Assembly (NCBI GenBank): GCA_965369655.1
Contig: CBDUQR010000018.1
Span: 1 to 53,311 of the forward strand
Length of the DNA stretch: 53,311 nt
Source of the DNA: an uncultured bacterium
GTDB lineage: Bacteria; Zixibacteria; MSB-5A5; JAABVY01; JAHJOQ01
Direction of reading: 5' to 3'
The position numbers and the translations under genes are program-made. How positions within the stretch are numbered: the first letter of the stretch is position 1; each line of letters opens with the position of its first letter. Under the pieces are notes generated by a model. That model saw nothing but the letters and a program-made list of their open reading frames with translations, was not told the origin of the DNA and searched no databases. This document shows positions 48,079-53,311 of this stretch, one piece after another.

Positions 48079-48648
48079 CTACTCGCTGAGTTTCTCTTCG
48101 ATTCTTTTCACCGCTTCGATGAGCTGATCGACCTTGCTTTCCAACTCATCAAGGTCCTTCTTTTTTGCCATCCTCATGTTCTCGATAGTCGATGTCACTT
48201 CTGTGGCAACTTTGTCCCTGATACTTTTAGTCGATTCCTGCGCCTTATCGAGAAGCTCGATTATCGCGTCGGATCGTTTCGACTTTGTTACTTCGCCCTT
48301 TTGAATCAGATTGTCGATAATCTCTTCAGCCTTCTGCCGCGTCACCTCCATGGCGCCCAGCGATGCCAGCACTGTTTTCTTGAGTATATCCATACCGCTC
48401 TGACCTCCTTCTGCTATGAGCGTTTTGAGAACTCCAATCGTGGCTCCCCTGTCCGACCAGCTTCCAAGCGAACCTATGAATGTCTGACCGAGCACAGATA
48501 CCGTCACATCGGCGCCGGTCCTGTTTTCGATCACCTTAACAACCCGTCCCGCCTTGACCAACTCAGCGACTTCCGGAAGCGTTACACTTCGACCCCGCTG
48601 AGGATCATAAAGCCGCCGATTCGAATATCTTCTCAGGACATAGTCCAT
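48079..48648 (-). CDS. PhaR-type DNA-binding domain fused to a phasin-like domain
   Basis: RRYSNRRLYD...VTL...TGADVT (PhaR N-domain) followed by MDILKKTVLASLGA...LIQKGE (granule-associated family). Confidence 0.8.
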   Translation of the reverse strand: MDYVLRRYSNRRLYDPQRGRSVTLPEVAELVKAGRVVKVIENRTGADVTVSVLGQTFIGSLGSWSDRGATIGVLKTLIAEGGQSGMDILKKTVLASLGAMEVTRQKAEEIIDNLIQKGEVTKSKRSDAIIELLDKAQESTKSIRDKVATEVTSTIENMRMAKKKDLDELESKVDQLIEAVKRIEEKLSE

Positions 48649-48653
48649 AATAC

Positions 48654-48682
48654 ATTATGGTGCACTGCACCATGATTGTCAA
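48654..48682 (-). promoter_or_regulatory. Sigma-70 promoter with a palindromic operator
   Basis: TTGACA-17 nt-CATAAT; perfect palindrome ATGGTGCA-C-TGCACCAT at 48657-48673. Confidence 0.75.
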
Positions 48683-48701
48683 GAAAAAAAGGCCAGCCGT
48701 A

Positions 48702-49109
48702 TTATGACATCGAGGCAAGCACGATATTGATGATTTCGAGCAATCTCTCGCATGAAAACGGTTTCTTCACAAACATGTCGCCGCCGACCTGGAAGGATTT
48801 ACCTCTGTCGTCGCGCGAATCTTTACCGGTCAGGAAGATTACCGGGGTCGATGCTGTCGCCGAAGTTTTCTTGAGTTCCTCACATATCTCGTACCCATCC
48901 ATATTGGGCATCATTATATCGAGCAGCACCAGATCAGGCTTAAACTCCTTCGCCCTCTCTATGCCCATAATCGATGAGTTCTCAGTAGCCACTTCATAGC
49001 CGGCATTATCGAGGAACGCTTCTATAATCTGCGTTATTTCTGATTCGTCATCGATGACGAGAATCTTTGCGGTCTTCGTTCTCGTCGATGTTCCGTTCTG
49101 TGTTTCCAT
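48702..49109 (-). CDS. Single-domain response regulator
   Basis: LVIDD, LLDIMMPNMDG, KPF. Confidence 0.92.
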   Translation of the reverse strand: METQNGTSTRTKTAKILVIDDESEITQIIEAFLDNAGYEVATENSSIMGIERAKEFKPDLVLLDIMMPNMDGYEICEELKKTSATASTPVIFLTGKDSRDDRGKSFQVGGDMFVKKPFSCERLLEIINIVLASMS

Positions 49110-49161
49110 ATACTTATTACGTCGGCCTGTTTTCCAGGGACTATAACAAAAAATGACGTTT

Positions 49162-49605
49162 CTACAATGTTTTTGCCAGCGACACTGCCATTCTCAGCGA
49201 TTGAGCCAGTTCCTCGGCCATAAACGGCTTTTTCACGTACATCGTGCCACCTTTCGCGAAGCTGCGACAAAGATCATCTTCGATGCACTTTGCGGTCAGA
49301 TAGACTATAGGGATATGGCGCGTACAGGGGTCCGCCTGCACCTCCTCGGCGAACTCGTAGCCATCCATTTCGGGCATCATAATATCGAGGATGATAACAT
49401 CAGGCAGCAGCTTTCGTACCAGTCCGACAGCCCTTCGCGGATCGGATTCTCCGACAACATCGATCCCGAAATCCTTCATCAGTTCGGTGACGGTCTCGAT
49501 GATGTCCTCCTCGTCGTCAACTGCAACGGCAAGGAGACTCGGATATGTGTCATCGAGAACGGTTGGACCGTCATACGTGTCAAATTGCGGGTCAACGTTG
49601 ATCAT
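49162..49605 (-). CDS. Single-domain response regulator
   Basis: AVDDE, ILDIMMPEMDG, KPF. Confidence 0.9.
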   Translation of the reverse strand: MINVDPQFDTYDGPTVLDDTYPSLLAVAVDDEEDIIETVTELMKDFGIDVVGESDPRRAVGLVRKLLPDVIILDIMMPEMDGYEFAEEVQADPCTRHIPIVYLTAKCIEDDLCRSFAKGGTMYVKKPFMAEELAQSLRMAVSLAKTL

Positions 49606-50054
49606 TTCGTCCCCCTCATTATCCTGTTTCCGGCGCCATTTTTGACTGCCGTCTCCAGCACATCCACAAGAATACTTCCCTTGATGGGTTTCCGGATGTA
49701 CAACTGGCCACCCGATGCAAACGATTTTGTGCAGTCTGTCTGTATGTCGTAACCGGATATGAATACTACAGGGACATTGGAAAGTCTGTCGATGGCGCCA
49801 ATGCGTCTCGCCAGATCGTAACCGTCGACCTCGGGCATACCGATGTCGAGCAGTATCACGTCCGGATCAAACGCCTTGAGTTTCTCGAGAGCTTTCACAG
49901 CACTCCGCTCGGCAACGATCTCCATTCCCCGTGTTGTAAGATAACGATCGATGAAATCAAGTACCAGAGGCTCATCGTCGACCGCGAGCACTCTGAGTTT
50001 TTCATTATTCACGAATACACTCCTGCCCATCTCACCTGCTGACTCTATTATCAT
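49602..50054 (-). CDS. Single-domain response regulator (start uncertain)
   Basis: AVDDE, LLDIGMPEVDG, KPI. Confidence 0.88.
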   Translation of the reverse strand: MIIESAGEMGRSVFVNNEKLRVLAVDDEPLVLDFIDRYLTTRGMEIVAERSAVKALEKLKAFDPDVILLDIGMPEVDGYDLARRIGAIDRLSNVPVVFISGYDIQTDCTKSFASGGQLYIRKPIKGSILVDVLETAVKNGAGNRIMRGTK

Positions 50055-50077
50055 TTATCGACAGCAGTTGTGACGAT

Positions 50078-50244
50078 TTAACCAGAAATAATGCGATGAT
50101 AGAATGCGGGACGGGGGTCGGCGATTGCATCGTTGTCGGTCGTTACCCGTTCCAAATTGGCAAGGTCCGGATCGAGATCGCCTGATCGGCATTCGCCTCA
50201 GGCTCGCCGAACTCAGGCAGCATCCGGACATAGCCGACTTTCAT
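50078..50244 (-). pseudogene. Internally deleted nitrilase/carbon-nitrogen hydrolase remnant
   Basis: N-terminus MKVGYVRMLPEFGEPEANADQAIS joined out of frame to C-terminus LDPDLANLERVTTDNDAIADPRPAFYHRIISG*. Confidence 0.55.
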
Positions 50245-50278
50245 AGCTCAACCCTAAGTGTCCGGGGGATAAACACTG

Positions 50279-50680
50279 TCAGTTCCTGACCAGATGAAAC
50301 GATTCGATCTTCCATTTGATGGTCTTGAGAAGTCTGACATGGCTGCGCGACAACGAATCAGAGTATATCGCATCCGACGGCATGAGAACGAAACTGAGAT
50401 GCGCCGAATCGCTCATGACTTTGATATTCTGCGCCGCAAGCTGAGTCGAAACATCGTCATAGCTGCACTCGATGAGAAACCGGTTGGCTTCATAGCCGTT
50501 CTGTTTTGCCTGCGGACTGAGATGATTCTCGATTTTCATCAGGTCGCCGGTTGTCACGCCCGATTCGAGATCGCCAGTTATCGCCTCGATAGCCTCGCGA
50601 TCCGATATCGCTTTCTGCGGAGCGCAACAGATAGCGGCAACCAGTATAGCTGTCAATAGAACGCAAATCCTATGTGTCAT
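50279..50680 (-). CDS. Hypothetical lipoprotein (possible NTF2-like fold)
   Basis: GGAGG RBS; signal peptide ending AAICC; C-terminal KWKI motif. Confidence 0.65.
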   Translation of the reverse strand: MTHRICVLLTAILVAAICCAPQKAISDREAIEAITGDLESGVTTGDLMKIENHLSPQAKQNGYEANRFLIECSYDDVSTQLAAQNIKVMSDSAHLSFVLMPSDAIYSDSLSRSHVRLLKTIKWKIESFHLVRN

Positions 50681-52748
50681 CCGTAACCTCCTGCAGTCGT
50701 GGCAAGGTTGCCGTAAATATCGCGCCACCCCCCGCTCGATCCTCGTATTCGAGACTTCCGTCGTGATCCGAGATGATCCTGTGGGAGAGCGCCAGCCCGA
50801 GGCCGGTGCCACCATCTTTCGTCGTGAAATAGGGACGGAATATCTTATCCTGATCGCCCCTGTCTATGCCGGGACCATCGTCCTCGACCGCCATTCGCAG
50901 CTCCGAATCCGACAGCGCGCTTGCGCTGACACGGATCGATGCGCCTGAATGACATGCCTCGATGCTGTTCTTTATCAGGTTTATCAGTACCTTCCTGATC
51001 TCGTCAGGATTGCCTTTCATGATAAGATCACGATTGACATCTGCTGCCAGTCTGATGCCTTTGTCCGCAGCCTCCTGCTGCATGAGTCTCATGACATCAT
51101 TGCACATCTCAGAGAGATCGAACACCTCCTGCTTCGTGGCATGCGTACGAGCCAGCGCGAGGAACTGGATTATAATCTCGTTGAGTCTTTCGATCTCTGC
51201 TTTTATGTTCCCGACGAGTTGATCGTACTCGTCCCGGTCGGACTCCGGTGTGAACTCAGATCTCAGTCGCTGCGACGCAATCGAGATTGAATTCAGAGGG
51301 TTTCGTATCTCGTGAGCAACGCCGGCTGCAAGATTGCCGAGTTCGGAGAGCCGTTCCGATCTCTTGGCCACTCGTTCGAGTTTCCTGCTTTCGGTAACGT
51401 CGTATGAGACCGCCACCGCCCCAATCGGATTGCCATCCTCTGAAGTCACCTTTGACGCCACAACCAGAAGGGAGAGCTTCCTGCCGTCCTTCGCAGTAAC
51501 AGTTTTCTCGGTTCGTATTGTCGCACTTGCGCCCTGAGCGACTTCCGCGAGCATCAACGGATCGCCATCGAAGAGTTTGCTATATGACTTGCCTGTCGCC
51601 TCGGTCTGACGAAACCCGAACATCCCCTCGGCTCTTGGATTGAAAAGCGTAATCTCGCCGGATTCATTGACCACGACCACCGCGCTCTGCATCGAGTCGA
51701 GGATATTGCCGGTCAGGGTTTTCATCGTCACGTATGAGCTTTCGAGTGTGCGGTAGTTGAGATTAGCGAGAAACAGCGTGACGACGAGAAACGATACGAT
51801 GAAGAGAATAGTGCCGATTGCAATCAACTGATACTCGAAATTCCCTGTCACCTGCTCATAGCCGTCCATCGACAGACCGATCCTGAGCAGTCCGGGCGGA
51901 AGCCCTTCGGTGATGAATGGTCTCGCGACCTCCAGCACATCTCTCCCCTCAAACGGAACGATTCGAGAACCGTAGCCACCCTCCTCGAGAATACTCAGCA
52001 GGAATTCGTCAGCTTCGATCCGCTTCACCTGGCCGAAACTGTGCGACGAAAAAATCACTCCCTCGTAACTCTGCATGAAGACATACTCGATTTCGGGATC
52101 CATCCCAATTCGTCTCACCAGAGAACCGATTCCTATCCGGTCGTTGAATCGCTCCAGTATGCTGTAATCGGCAAAAAGAATCACCGCGCCGGGAGCATCG
52201 ATTCTCGCCGTTGCGAGTACGAGTTGTGCAGGGATAACCGGGTTCTCGTCATCGAGTACAAAACTCGCCGACCTGATCCGTCCCATCACAATGTCATCGA
52301 ATGGAAAACGGGAGACAAAGCTCGAATCATATTCGCGCCCGATCATGTCGACCACACTTGATACCGCGACTATGCCGACAGAATCGATAACATCCATGCG
52401 GTTTATGCCGGTCGCATGGCATGTGCGTGCGATCTCGGTCGGCGTCAGATCTCCCCCCTCGAACCTGTGACCGACCACCGTAGCTATGTCGGAAAGATTG
52501 TCCAGGACGAGCCTGTCAACCATGTCGGTTGCTGCGAGGGTGTTGCGACCTGCCGAGATTATCGACTCGACGAGTGCGCGAGCCTCGTTTTTCATCATCC
52601 TGATGACGTTGCTCCTGTTTTCCCTGATACCGACGACGACGATCGTGAGAAACAGAGCAGCCAGACACAGTCCGACCAGGAGAAACTGGCGCGGCTTGAT
52701 GCTCAGGATAAACTTGAGCGTGCCTTTTCGTACCGGGAGGTCTTGCAC
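50670..52748 (-). CDS. PAS-domain sensor histidine kinase (ZraS/AtoS-like)
   Basis: Two TMs with a periplasmic domain, PAS, LAAGVAHEIRNPLN, DDGPG, PYFTTK, GTGLGL. Confidence 0.93.
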   Translation of the reverse strand: MQDLPVRKGTLKFILSIKPRQFLLVGLCLAALFLTIVVVGIRENRSNVIRMMKNEARALVESIISAGRNTLAATDMVDRLVLDNLSDIATVVGHRFEGGDLTPTEIARTCHATGINRMDVIDSVGIVAVSSVVDMIGREYDSSFVSRFPFDDIVMGRIRSASFVLDDENPVIPAQLVLATARIDAPGAVILFADYSILERFNDRIGIGSLVRRIGMDPEIEYVFMQSYEGVIFSSHSFGQVKRIEADEFLLSILEEGGYGSRIVPFEGRDVLEVARPFITEGLPPGLLRIGLSMDGYEQVTGNFEYQLIAIGTILFIVSFLVVTLFLANLNYRTLESSYVTMKTLTGNILDSMQSAVVVVNESGEITLFNPRAEGMFGFRQTEATGKSYSKLFDGDPLMLAEVAQGASATIRTEKTVTAKDGRKLSLLVVASKVTSEDGNPIGAVAVSYDVTESRKLERVAKRSERLSELGNLAAGVAHEIRNPLNSISIASQRLRSEFTPESDRDEYDQLVGNIKAEIERLNEIIIQFLALARTHATKQEVFDLSEMCNDVMRLMQQEAADKGIRLAADVNRDLIMKGNPDEIRKVLINLIKNSIEACHSGASIRVSASALSDSELRMAVEDDGPGIDRGDQDKIFRPYFTTKDGGTGLGLALSHRIISDHDGSLEYEDRAGGGAIFTATLPRLQEVTDDT

Positions 52749-52796
52749 GACAGAGAATTAACCAGCAGTACCAGATTGAGTCAAGCCAAAAGCTGA

Positions 52797-52844
52797 GTAG
52801 GTCAAATCTCGGAGTTCGCAAAGCAAGCGGAGAGACTTGACATC
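52797..52844 (+). repeat. GTAG-type REP with an enlarged loop
   Basis: GTAGGTCAAATCTC...GAGACTTGACATC. Confidence 0.6.
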
Positions 52845-53081
52845 TTTCTTTTCGCGCTCTGCGCGAATTGTTGAAACCATGAAGGTTTCGACCTACCCGA
52901 CTCCGTAAACTCCTGTAGCAAAGTGAGAGAAGCCAGAGAGTCGGTGGTGTGCGGCCTTCAGCCTGGTTTATAGATAGGTCGTGCGTGCCCGGTTCTGAAA
53001 AATAAACTTGCAGCGATCTTCAAACTTACCTAATGTTACTATGGTAGTTGATGACTTAGTGAAGCCCGAGAGGGGTTTGAT

Positions 53082-53311
53082 ATGTCGATTCAAAAGGAAC
53101 AGATCGCCGTAGTCGGTGACGAAGTTGTTACTATAAGACTAAAACAACTCGTGACGGATCGAGACGGTGTAAGTCTTCTCATCCAGAGCTTCGACAAAGA
53201 CAAGCAACTAATCGAAGGATCCCGGAAGGAAAAAATTTTTTCCAAGGAGTTCCTATCATCTAGTGGTATGATTCATTCTGTTGGGGCATTATCCAGTGCG
53301 AGTCTTGCTCG
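53082..53311 (+). CDS. Hypothetical protein, runs off the window end
   Basis: GAGAGGGG then ATG; open frame MSIQKEQIAVVGDEVV... to the window edge. Confidence 0.5.
   Translation, partial: MSIQKEQIAVVGDEVVTIRLKQLVTDRDGVSLLIQSFDKDKQLIEGSRKEKIFSKEFLSSSGMIHSVGALSSASLA

Noticed and set aside
50105-50240. Structured ncRNA from several short inverted repeats
   Set aside because: Better explained as a nitrilase gene remnant; the stems are short and GC-rich
52837-52842. TTGACA as a promoter -35 element
   Set aside because: It is part of a GTAG REP stem and has no properly spaced -10
52880-53030. tmRNA or tRNA-Sec
   Set aside because: Only a GGTTTCGAC resemblance; no acceptor stem, tag ORF or cloverleaf

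Overview
Bacterial chromosomal window of moderate GC. Two secreted proteins with C-terminal dockerin-like domains and the overall gene style suggest a Zixibacteria-like FCB-group organism (inference). Contents in order: a PrsK/PrsR-type two-component pair plus a second sigma-54 activator; a sigma-54-driven pilV-pilW-pilX minor-pilin operon; a dif-like Xer site (9976-10003) on which the flanking housekeeping genes converge; leuS; the proS-rimP-nusA-infB-DUF503-rbfA-DHH-truB-ribF-rpsO-pnp-M16 peptidase cluster; gmk, a PfkB kinase, recN, MscS, two tRNAs, two PAS kinases, three tandem receiver proteins and a PhaR-phasin fusion. The most unusual signal is non-coding: intergenic DNA is full of nested palindromic repeats. 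These include three 199-bp MITE copies, GTAG-type REPs, a 24-nt module inserted into several unrelated hairpins (both empty and filled sites are visible), and an 18-28-nt element that also sits in frame inside a gene. No transposase, integrase, CRISPR array or prophage is visible. All family assignments come from motif recognition, not database searches.
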